Source: Synergistaceae bacterium (GTDB taxonomy: Bacteria > Synergistota > Synergistia > Synergistales > Aminobacteriaceae). From it: a DNA stretch of 64,000 bases. Where the stretch lies: assembly GCA_031280275.1 (NCBI GenBank), contig JAITGX010000049.1, positions 4,168 through 68,167 on the forward strand. The letters are read 5' to 3'. Below the pieces are notes generated by a model, which had not been told where the DNA came from, searched no databases, and saw only the letters and a list, made by a program, of their open reading frames with translations. Position numbers and translations under genes: made by a program. Below, one piece after another: positions 27,571 through 35,520 of the stretch; within the stretch, counting starts at the first letter, position 1, and the number at the start of each line of letters is the position of its first letter.

Positions 27571-28959
27571 ATGACACAAAAAGACCGCATGCGGTTCTGG
27601 GTCGTCCTGATCGTGGTGGCGGCGGCCTTGGCGTACACCTGGCCGGTAACGGGAAGAGTGAAACTGGGACTCGACCTGGAGGGTGGGGCCCACATCGTCC
27701 TCCAGGCCAAGGGGACGCCTGAAAACCCTATAGGCGACGACGGGTTGGATCGCCTTGTGGCTGTCTTGCGCAACCGCGTTGACCAATACGGCGTGGCTGA
27801 ACCTATCATCCAGAAAAGCGGATCCGACCGGGTTATCGTGGACTTGCCCGGCGTGCAAGACCCCGCCGCGGCCTTGGAGCTGATTGGCAGGACGGCGCTC
27901 TTAGAGTTCCGCGAGGTGCTGGACTCCAGCGAGTTTTCAGTACCTACGCCGAAGCGCGAAAACTACGACGACGACGAGCAGTTTGCCCGTGCCCAAGAAA
28001 ACTGGAAGACCTTGGCGGAGTCAGCGGAAAACGCGGGGGAACGCTTTTTGGAACGAGCCAATGAAATCGAGGGGGCCATTGTCTCCAAAGGTGAGGAAAA
28101 CGGCAGGTTTTACCTTTTGGGTAAAACGTTGGTGGCGGGAAAAAACTTGAAAAACGCCTCCCTTAACTTTGGCGACGAGGGGCCGGAGGTCTCCCTTTCC
28201 TTCAATGACGAGGGGGCGAAGGCCTTCGAAGAAGCCACGGGACAACTGGTGGACAAGCAGCTGGCCATCGTTCTGGACGGGACCACTATATCGGCCCCGG
28301 TGGTGCGGAGCCGCATCGCGGGCGGCAGCGCCAGGGTGACGGGCCGTTTCACCACCGATGAGGCCACCCGCCTGGCTATCATGCTGAGAGCGGGCGCCCT
28401 GCCCGTGGAGGTGGAGGTGGCCGAGAACCGATCCGTGGGGCCCAGTTTAGGAGCGGACTCCATCCAGCAGGGGCTCCATGCTGGGCTTGTGGGGGCGGCG
28501 ATGGTGTTCTTTTTTATGCTGATTTACTACCAGTTCAACGGACTAGCCGCCGACGTGGCTCTGGCCGTGACGCTGCTCCTGATCTTCGCGGGGTTAATTG
28601 CCTTCCGGGCGACGCTGACGCTTCCCGGTATCGCGGGCATCATTCTGACCATCGGCATGGCGGTGGACGGCAACGTCCTGATCTACGAACGCGTCAAGGA
28701 GGAGCTTCAAGCCGGGAAAACCCACATGGCCGCTTTGGACGCCGGCTTCCGTAAGGCCCTCGTGACCATCCTGGACTCCAACATCACCACGCTGATCGCG
28801 GCGGTGGTTTTGTTCCACTTCGGGACGGGTTCGGTGCGCGGGTTCGGCGTGACCCTGTCCATCGGACTGGTGGCCAGCGTGTTCGCCAACGTGGTGGTGA
28901 CGCGGACCGTGCTGCAGTTCTTCGCCAAGTGGAAGCAGCCCGCCCCGAAGCGAAGCTAG
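27571..28959 (+). CDS. secD: Protein translocase subunit SecD
   Basis: 462 aa. N-terminal TM, periplasmic domain (LGLDLEGGAHIVLQA) and a C-terminal 5-TM RND-like region. Confidence 0.9.
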   Translation: MTQKDRMRFWVVLIVVAAALAYTWPVTGRVKLGLDLEGGAHIVLQAKGTPENPIGDDGLDRLVAVLRNRVDQYGVAEPIIQKSGSDRVIVDLPGVQDPAAALELIGRTALLEFREVLDSSEFSVPTPKRENYDDDEQFARAQENWKTLAESAENAGERFLERANEIEGAIVSKGEENGRFYLLGKTLVAGKNLKNASLNFGDEGPEVSLSFNDEGAKAFEEATGQLVDKQLAIVLDGTTISAPVVRSRIAGGSARVTGRFTTDEATRLAIMLRAGALPVEVEVAENRSVGPSLGADSIQQGLHAGLVGAAMVFFFMLIYYQFNGLAADVALAVTLLLIFAGLIAFRATLTLPGIAGIILTIGMAVDGNVLIYERVKEELQAGKTHMAALDAGFRKALVTILDSNITTLIAAVVLFHFGTGSVRGFGVTLSIGLVASVFANVVVTRTVLQFFAKWKQPAPKRS

Positions 28960-28987
28960 CGCGGGCTCATTTTGGAGGGACGGTTTG

Positions 28988-29860
28988 ATGAAAATTTTCG
29001 TGAGCTTCGATTTTATGAAATGGCGCAGTCCAGCCATGCTTCTGAGCCTGGCGCTTTTCGTGGGGAGCCTGGGGCTGATGACCTTCCGAGGCCTGAACCT
29101 GGGGATCGACTTCACCGGCGGCAACGCCGTGCGCGTGGAGTTTGTCAGCCGGCCCGACGTGGGTGATGTGCGGCGGGCCGTTTCCTCCGTGGCGGCGAAG
29201 GAGGCGATGATTCAGGACTCCGGCGAAAAGGGTATCCTCATCCGTACCAACGAGGACACTGAGGAAAGCCGCAGGCAGCTTGTGGGCGCGTTGGAGGCCC
29301 GCTACCCGGACGTGAAGGTGGTGGGCTTCGAGAAGGTGGGGCCCGTGGTGGGGAGGGAGCTTCGCAATCAGGCCCTGTTGGGCCTTACGGCGGCCCTTGT
29401 GGCTATCCTGATCTACATCACGGTGCGGTTCCAATTTCGCTTCGCCGTGGTCAGCGTCATTCCCCTGGTACATGACGCCGTGCTGGCTTTGGGCTTTTTC
29501 AGCCTCACGCGGATGGAGATATCCTCGTCCTTTATCGCTGCGATCCTGACAATTGTAGGTTACTCGCTCAACAACACTATCATCATTCTCGACCGCATAC
29601 GCGAAAACTGGAAAGACCTGGGGAAACGCGGCATCGTGGGGTTGGTGAACCTCTCCATTCAGCAAACCCTGTCCCGCACGATCAACACGACCCTAACAAC
29701 TCTGTTCCCCGTGCTTGCCCTGTGCGTTTTGGGGGGGCCCGTCTTGGCCGCTTTCAGCTACGCCATGTTGGTGGGTATCGTTGTCGGAACCTACAGCTCC
29801 GTCTTCGTCGCCACGGGCCTTATCGCTGAATGGTGGATTCGGAGGCCTTTGACGCGGTAA
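28988..29860 (+). CDS. secF: Protein translocase subunit SecF
   Basis: GLNLGIDFTGGNAVRV and the following 5-TM region. ATG at 28988 lies 8-9 nt after ggaggga. Confidence 0.9.
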   Translation: MKIFVSFDFMKWRSPAMLLSLALFVGSLGLMTFRGLNLGIDFTGGNAVRVEFVSRPDVGDVRRAVSSVAAKEAMIQDSGEKGILIRTNEDTEESRRQLVGALEARYPDVKVVGFEKVGPVVGRELRNQALLGLTAALVAILIYITVRFQFRFAVVSVIPLVHDAVLALGFFSLTRMEISSSFIAAILTIVGYSLNNTIIILDRIRENWKDLGKRGIVGLVNLSIQQTLSRTINTTLTTLFPVLALCVLGGPVLAAFSYAMLVGIVVGTYSSVFVATGLIAEWWIRRPLTR

Positions 29861-31273
29861 TCGTTTCGGCGTCCAACCCTTCAACTTCAAGGACGGGGGG
29901 GCAGACGCCGGACTTATCCCTTGGTGAGGGAGCAGAGTTGGTGAGGAAGCGGAGATCGAAGAATCGAAAAAAGATTGGGCGGCGGTGACGGCGCGAGCGT
30001 GCATTTCTCGTGCTTTTTGTTTTCTATCCTTGATTTTTTGGGGCAGTGGAGGGAAAAGGCCTAAGTTCACGTTCATGGGCTGAAAGGTTTTTCCGCGGCC
30101 GGTTTCCGCGCTCTGGAGATAGTGCAGGAGCGAGCCGATGGCGGTCTCCCTTGGCCAGGAGGGCAGGGGAAGGCTCGACGATAGCGTCAGCGCGGCGCAG
30201 ATACCGGCGGCTAGGCCCATGGCCGTGCTCTCCATGTAGCCCTCAACCCCCGTGATCTGCCCCGCCAAAAACAGGTGAGGGAACTCTTTGAGTCTCAAAA
30301 AGCCGTCCAACACAGCGGGGGCGTTCACGTAAACGTTGCGGTGCATCACGCCAAAGCGCACCACTTCAGCGTTTTCCAGGCCGGGGATCATTCGGAGAAT
30401 CCTCGCCTGTTCTCCCCATTTCAGACCAGTTTGAAAGCCCACCAAGTTGTAAAGCGTCCCCTCCTGGTTGTCCTGGCGAAGCTGAACTGCCGCGTAAGGC
30501 TCCCGGCCCGTTCTGGGGTCCGGCAGCCCCACGGGCTTCATGGGACCAAACCTCAGGGTGTCCAGCCCGCGTTCGGCCAGGGCCTCCACGGGCATACACC
30601 CCTCGAAATACGTCTCGAAACCGTGGGGCGCGGCGCGTTCAGCTCCGATCAGGGCCGCATGGAAGGCCAGGTACTCGTCCCTGTTCATGGGGCAGTTGAG
30701 GTAGTCGGCGTCACGGCCGTAGCGCCCCGCCGCGTAGGTTTTTCCCATGTCCACGGACTCCAGGGTTACAATGGGAGCGACGGCGTCGAAAAAAGAAAGG
30801 TATTTTTCCCCACCGAGCCGGGCTTGCAAGTTCCCCGCCAGGGTCTTCGAGGTCAAGGGCCCCGTGGCGATCACGGCGAGCCCTTGGGGAAGCTCCACCG
30901 CCTCCTCGCGGACGAGATCGATGTTGGGGTGCGACTCTACGCGAGCGCTCACCAAAGCGGAAAAGCGCTCTCGGTCCACCGCCAGAGCCCCACCCGCCGG
31001 CACCCGGCACACGCGGGCGCACTGCAGGATCAGGGAGCCCCCTATCTCCAGCTCTGCCTTGAGGATTCCCGCCGCGCCGGTGCCGCCCTCACCGCCGAAA
31101 GAGTTGCTGCACACCACCTCCGCCAATTTCGCGGTGGTGTGGGCCGGGGTCTGGACGAGGGGCCGCATTTCCACCAGTTTCACGCGGAAACCCCGGCCCG
31201 CCAACTGCCACGCGGCCTCGCACCCGGCCAGTCCGCCCCCTATGACGGTGACGTCTGGGGAAGACTCACTCAT
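29693..31273 (-). CDS. trmFO: Methylenetetrahydrofolate-tRNA-(uracil54-C5)-methyltransferase TrmFO, with low-complexity C-terminal read-on
   Basis: VTVIGGGLAGCEAAWQLA FAD motif and family similarity throughout. Start at 31273 overlaps the topA stop. The frame has no stop until 29693, inside secF antisense. Confidence 0.85.
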   Translation of the reverse strand: MSESSPDVTVIGGGLAGCEAAWQLAGRGFRVKLVEMRPLVQTPAHTTAKLAEVVCSNSFGGEGGTGAAGILKAELEIGGSLILQCARVCRVPAGGALAVDRERFSALVSARVESHPNIDLVREEAVELPQGLAVIATGPLTSKTLAGNLQARLGGEKYLSFFDAVAPIVTLESVDMGKTYAAGRYGRDADYLNCPMNRDEYLAFHAALIGAERAAPHGFETYFEGCMPVEALAERGLDTLRFGPMKPVGLPDPRTGREPYAAVQLRQDNQEGTLYNLVGFQTGLKWGEQARILRMIPGLENAEVVRFGVMHRNVYVNAPAVLDGFLRLKEFPHLFLAGQITGVEGYMESTAMGLAAGICAALTLSSSLPLPSWPRETAIGSLLHYLQSAETGRGKTFQPMNVNLGLFPPLPQKIKDRKQKAREMHARAVTAAQSFFDSSISASSPTLLPHQGISPASAPPSLKLKGWTPKRLPRQRPPNPPFSDKARGDEDGAVGSDNDTHQHGVAESGQDGPPQNAQGKHGEQSC

Positions 31274-33533
31274 CTGTGGATTCGTCGCGAACCTTATGTC
31301 CGCACTGAGGACAAAACGCCGCCTTGCCCCTTTTCTGGAGGGCATTCCCGCACTCGGGGCATTTCTCGCCCGTGGGCTGGTTCCACGCGATATAGTCGCA
31401 GTCCGGATAGCGTGAGCAGCCGAAAAAGCTCTTACCTTTCTTGCTCTTGCGCTTGATGATGTCGCCGCCATCGGTTTCCCCGCACTTGGGGCACTTCACC
31501 CCAATGACGTTCAGGACGGCGCGGGTGTACTTACATTCGGGATAACCCGTGCAAGCGATAAACTCCCCGAAACGGCCGCGCTTTTTGACCAGGGGCTTGC
31601 CGCACTCCGGGCAGTCCTCCCCGATGGACTCCGGATCTGGCAGGGGGACTTTCTCAGCGTCTTTGGCCAGGTTCACGGTGCGGGAAAAGTCGTTCCAGAA
31701 CTCCCTCACCACGTCCAGCCACTTGCGCTTGTCCTCCTCGATCTCGTCCAGCTCTTTTTCCATCTCGGCGGTGAAACCCGTGTCCACAATGGACGCAACG
31801 CTCTCACCGTTGAAGTATTTTAGTAAAAACTCGTCCACAATCGTCCCCAGAGAGGTGGGGATCAGGCGCTTGTCCTCGTTTTTCTCCACGTAGTCCCGGC
31901 TGTAGAGGGTCTCCACGATGGTGGCATAAGTGGAAGGGCGTCCGACCCCTTCCTCCTCCAGGGCTTTTATCAGGGTCGGCTCGGAGTAGCGCGCGGGGGG
32001 GCGCGTGAAGCGCTGTTCCTTCTCGGCGGAGATGAACCGCAAACGCTCACCCTCCTGGGCAGAAGCCATGACCTCGCCTTTCAGGTCCAGCGGCCAGAGG
32101 ACGCTCCACCCCTCGAAGATCAGGCTTTCCCCAAACTGCCTCATCCCAGCGCGGCCGGCGCCCGCCAGAAGTGTGGAGTTGGCCACCACCGCGTTGGCCA
32201 TCTGCGACGCCACGAAGCGCCGCCAGATCATGTCATAGAGCTTGAACTGTTCTGGGGTTAAGGCATTCTTCACGGATTCGGGCGTCAAAGACACGTCCGT
32301 GGGGCGGATGGCCTCGTGGGCGTCCTGACTGCGGCCCGCCGCCGTGTAAATGTTGGGCTTCTCCGGCAGATAGCGGGGGGCGTAGCACGACGCGATGTGG
32401 TTCCGGCAGGCGTCGAGGGCCTCTGCCGCCAGGCGCAGGCTGTCGGTTCTCATGTAGGTGATCATGCCGATGTGACCCCGGCCTGGAATATCGATGCCCT
32501 CGTACAGGTCTTGCGCTACACGCATGGCCCGGCGGGGGGACAGTCCAAGGCGGCGAGCGGCTTCCTGCTGCATATTGCTGGTTTTGAAGGGGGGCTGGGG
32601 CTTCCGCTGGTTCTCACGCAGGCGAAACTCCGACACGATGATCTCATGAGAGCGGATTTCCGCGAGGATTGCCTCCGCGAAGTCCCCATCTTTTATCAAG
32701 AGGGGCAGGTTGTTCTTCCAAAGGGTTTTACCCTCCCAGCGGTCTACCCTCATCTCGTAGCTCCGCCCGTCCGGCGTGTCAGCCTTGACCGTGACGTTCC
32801 AGTACTCCTCGGGAACGAACTTCGCTATTTCCCGCTCCCTTTGACAGATCAGGTCGAGGGCTACGGACTGGACGCGGCCGGCGGAGAGCCCGTAGCGTAT
32901 TTTGTTCCACAGCAGGGGGGAGAGGGTGTAGCCCACCAAGCGGTCCAGGATGCGACGGGCCTGCTGGGCGTCCACCTTGTGCCGGTCAATAAGTTCAGGA
33001 TGCGCCACGGCCTCCCGGACGGCGTTGGCCGTTATCTCGTAGAAACGGACGCGGCACTTTTGTTCCAGGGAAATCTCCAGAATGTCCGCCAGATGCCAGG
33101 CGATGGCCTCACCCTCCCGGTCGGGGTCGGAGGCCAGCAAGACGCTGTTCGCGGCTTGAGACAGGGCGGTCAGCTCATTCTTGATGGCAGCCTTACCCTT
33201 AACCAGAATGTACTCCGGGGTGAAGTCGCGCTCGATGTCAATGGCCATGCGGCTGCGGGGCAAGTCGCGGATGTGTCCTACGCTTGACTTGATGACGTAG
33301 TCCGGACCTAAAATTTTGGACAGGGTCTTCGCCTTGGAGGGTGATTCCACAACCACGAGGGTCTTTCCCTCGGCCGCTTTTCCGGAAGGTAAAGTGCGCT
33401 GACGTTTTGGCGCAGCACTCTTCCTCGCCGTGTTTTTTTTCGTCTCCGCCGTTTTTTTTGTGGTTTTCGCGGCAACTTTTTTTTCGCCCTGTTTTTCGGC
33501 AGTTTCCCTTTTTGGGGACGTTGTTTTAGCCAT
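31266..33533 (-). CDS. topA: DNA topoisomerase I
   Basis: TOPRIM LVVVESPSKAKT. Active-site region ITYMRTDS. Three C-terminal CxxC...CxxC zinc ribbons. Lys-rich N-terminal extension of about 55 aa. Confidence 0.95.
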   Translation of the reverse strand: MAKTTSPKRETAEKQGEKKVAAKTTKKTAETKKNTARKSAAPKRQRTLPSGKAAEGKTLVVVESPSKAKTLSKILGPDYVIKSSVGHIRDLPRSRMAIDIERDFTPEYILVKGKAAIKNELTALSQAANSVLLASDPDREGEAIAWHLADILEISLEQKCRVRFYEITANAVREAVAHPELIDRHKVDAQQARRILDRLVGYTLSPLLWNKIRYGLSAGRVQSVALDLICQREREIAKFVPEEYWNVTVKADTPDGRSYEMRVDRWEGKTLWKNNLPLLIKDGDFAEAILAEIRSHEIIVSEFRLRENQRKPQPPFKTSNMQQEAARRLGLSPRRAMRVAQDLYEGIDIPGRGHIGMITYMRTDSLRLAAEALDACRNHIASCYAPRYLPEKPNIYTAAGRSQDAHEAIRPTDVSLTPESVKNALTPEQFKLYDMIWRRFVASQMANAVVANSTLLAGAGRAGMRQFGESLIFEGWSVLWPLDLKGEVMASAQEGERLRFISAEKEQRFTRPPARYSEPTLIKALEEEGVGRPSTYATIVETLYSRDYVEKNEDKRLIPTSLGTIVDEFLLKYFNGESVASIVDTGFTAEMEKELDEIEEDKRKWLDVVREFWNDFSRTVNLAKDAEKVPLPDPESIGEDCPECGKPLVKKRGRFGEFIACTGYPECKYTRAVLNVIGVKCPKCGETDGGDIIKRKSKKGKSFFGCSRYPDCDYIAWNQPTGEKCPECGNALQKRGKAAFCPQCGHKVRDESTDE

Positions 33534-33535
33534 AG

Positions 33536-33913
33536 TCAGCAGACCCAGGGGCTGAAAGGCGTCATGAACAGGGGGGGTGCAAAGGGAAGTCGGAATGAGG
33601 GGTCCAGCGCCGCCGCGTGGAACAGCGCCTCGAAGGTCTGGGCGTCGATGACCGCGCCGCTCAGTGCGCCGAGGGTCACGGCCTGCTGAATCGCGTTTTC
33701 CGTGACGTCCTGGGACACGGACTGGGAACCCAGGAGGCAATAGGCCATCGACTGAGCTTCTGAAGAGAGATAGCGGCACTCCTGCCGGTTGAAAATCCTC
33801 AATGCGCTCCGCTCTTGCCCCGGAAGCCGGGGACACGCGGTATCGGCGTAAATATCCAAACAAACGTCTCCTTTTCCCAAGGGGAAATGCGGTACTGGCG
33901 GCTCCCCTATCAA
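33536..33913 (-). CDS. Hypothetical protein immediately upstream of topA
   Basis: 125-aa ORF whose stop lies 2 nt before the topA start. No recognisable motifs, and the start is uncertain. Confidence 0.3.
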   Translation of the reverse strand: MIGEPPVPHFPLGKGDVCLDIYADTACPRLPGQERSALRIFNRQECRYLSSEAQSMAYCLLGSQSVSQDVTENAIQQAVTLGALSGAVIDAQTFEALFHAAALDPSFRLPFAPPLFMTPFSPWVC

Positions 33914-34035
33914 ATTTCCGTCTGCGGGCCGGCCCGCCGTTTCAACGGGAACAGTTATACCACATAGGTCACGCTAGGGCAAATTACCAGGGCAAACACA
34001 TCAATCAGCGTGCTCCACTGAGTTGAATTTTGGAT

Positions 34036-34146
34036 TAAGGAAGCGCTGATTTAAGGAAACGCTGATTAAGCCCTTGCGGGGCTCTGCCCCACGCCCTGCT
34101 TAGGGGCCTGAGGCCCCTAAGAACCCCATTAATCAGTGCTTCTTTA
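34036..34146 (-). repeat. MITE/REP-like element, copy 6 (reverse, duplicated TIR)
   Basis: taaggaagcgctgatt + taaggaaacgctgattaagcccttgcggggctctgccccacgccctgcttaggggcctgaggcccctaagaaccccattaatcagtgcttcttta. Confidence 0.9.
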
Positions 34147-34290
34147 ACTCCCCCAGCCCTATACAGAAATCCCAAGCTATGTGGCATAATATAACAAACC
34201 AACAATGGGATAGATAAAAATGCTAAATCGCCATGAGAGCAGTGACGAAAACTGGGAACGCGTCAAATCTCTTCGGCTTGCAGCAGAGCA

Positions 34291-34428
34291 ATGAAAAATA
34301 AAGAAAGAGAGCTAACGGATATGTCAGAGACTTTAAAAGCGTACTGTTCGTGCTGCGGGGAATTTTCCGAGCATAGACTGGCCGAGACGAATTATCTCAG
34401 CCGCAACGAATACCGGTGCGCGGAATGA
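34291..34428 (+). CDS. Possible 45-aa Cys-rich small protein
   Basis: MKNKERELTDMSETLKAYCSCCGEFSEHRLAETNYLSRNEYRCAE. ATGA overlaps at both ends: with a 24-aa ORF at 34220-34294 and with the hydrolase ATG at 34425. Below the ORF-track size cutoff. Confidence 0.35.
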   Translation: MKNKERELTDMSETLKAYCSCCGEFSEHRLAETNYLSRNEYRCAE

Positions 34429-35240
34429 TCAAAAAACTCCGCGATGGGCGCGGTCCGGCGATTCTTTTCATAAATGGCTTCCTCAATGGAAACAATGTGG
34501 ATTTCGACGATTGGGAGCGCGGAGTCAAGAAAAAATTTCCGAATAACCCTTTATATGGCGTAACGTGGGAATCCCAAACCCTGATAGGGCTTAGCATAAG
34601 GATCGCAGGACTCGCGGCACTTCCAAAATTTTCTTTAATTTCAAATCTTTTTTTTGACGATCCATGGCATGACGCCGTCAACAAATCTTTACAGACCGGA
34701 GTTCTCCTGGCTGACCTGTTCAGCAGAAAGGAGAAACCAAAAAATTTTCTCATTGGATTAATTAAATTGATTAGATTGATTAGCAGATTTGGTAAAAGGG
34801 ATGAATTCATTCTGATGGGCCATTCCCTGGGTGCCGGAGTTATCTACAATACTTTAAAAGCGCTTTTGACCAAAAAAGAAAAATATATCCGTGATGTCTA
34901 CCTTTTCGGCGGAGCTGTTGGAAACGACGCCGAGAATTGGGAAAACGTTCAGCGGGCCGTAACCGGGAAAATTTATAATTTTTATTCTGCGAACGACTCT
35001 GTGTTGAGCTGGTTCTATAAGCCAGTAAACCTGTTTATGAGCAGTCCTATCGGTTTAGGTAAAATTTGCCTTGAGAAAAAATCGAAAAAGTTAGTCAATG
35101 TTAACGTCACAGAAAAAGTCGGCGGGCACAACGAGTACAAGGCGAAGCTAGAAGCGTGTCTAGACTCTCTTGCACAGCTCAAATCAAAGCGCTTACAGGC
35201 GCGGAGGCGTTTACAGTCGCTTATTAGGCGCGGAGGGTAG
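34425..35240 (+). CDS. DUF726-like alpha/beta-fold serine hydrolase
   Basis: GHSLGAGV nucleophile elbow (GxSxG), ILFINGFLNG and HNEY near the C-terminus. AT-rich. An alternative GTG start lies at 34416. Confidence 0.65.
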   Translation: MIKKLRDGRGPAILFINGFLNGNNVDFDDWERGVKKKFPNNPLYGVTWESQTLIGLSIRIAGLAALPKFSLISNLFFDDPWHDAVNKSLQTGVLLADLFSRKEKPKNFLIGLIKLIRLISRFGKRDEFILMGHSLGAGVIYNTLKALLTKKEKYIRDVYLFGGAVGNDAENWENVQRAVTGKIYNFYSANDSVLSWFYKPVNLFMSSPIGLGKICLEKKSKKLVNVNVTEKVGGHNEYKAKLEACLDSLAQLKSKRLQARRRLQSLIRRGG

Positions 35241-35247
35241 AAATCGC

Positions 35248-35319
35248 TAAAGGAAGCGCTGATTAATGGGGTTCTTAGGGGCTCTTGAACCCCTAAGCGG
35301 GGCGTGGGGCGGAGCCCCA
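35248..35319 (+). repeat. MITE/REP-like element, copy 7 (forward, right TIR missing)
   Basis: taaaggaagcgctgattaatggggttcttaggggctcttgaacccctaagcggggcgtggggcggagcccca, then abuts the 50-nt motif. Confidence 0.85.
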
Positions 35320-35369
35320 TATTTATAATTTCACTTGCTAGTGTAATGAAATTGTGTCAGTCACTCAGG
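35320..35369 (-). repeat. 50-nt motif, copy B (inverted partner of 8469-8518)
   Basis: tatttataatttcacttgctagtgtaatgaaattgtgtcagtcactcagg. There are 3 transition differences from the reverse complement of copy A. Confidence 0.85.
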
Positions 35370-35520
35370 GCCGATCCTTTGGTTAAACGCCTTGTAACAG
35401 CGCCGCGTAAAAAGCGCTGGCACAGCTCGCCTCCCTGAGTGGGGTATAATGTCGCCGTTACGGGACGCGCTTCGGCGCCTTTATGTGCAGCGCGCTTTCC
35501 CGAGCTAAGGAGGGATACCG

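Noticed and set aside
33534-33863. N-terminal extensions of the topA ORF (to 33863) and the trmFO ORF (31274-31471) in the track.
   Set aside because: The extensions are Arg/Pro-rich and overlap the upstream genes. Conserved N-termini and compact operon junctions support the internal ATGs at 33533 and 31273.
8469-35369. A 26.9-kb transposon or prophage bounded by the 50-nt inverted repeats.
   Set aside because: The interval holds core single-copy functions (V-ATPase, secDF, topA, trmFO, rbsK) of host-like composition. It has no transposase, integrase or phage genes. I kept only the inversion and composite-element ideas, as hypotheses.
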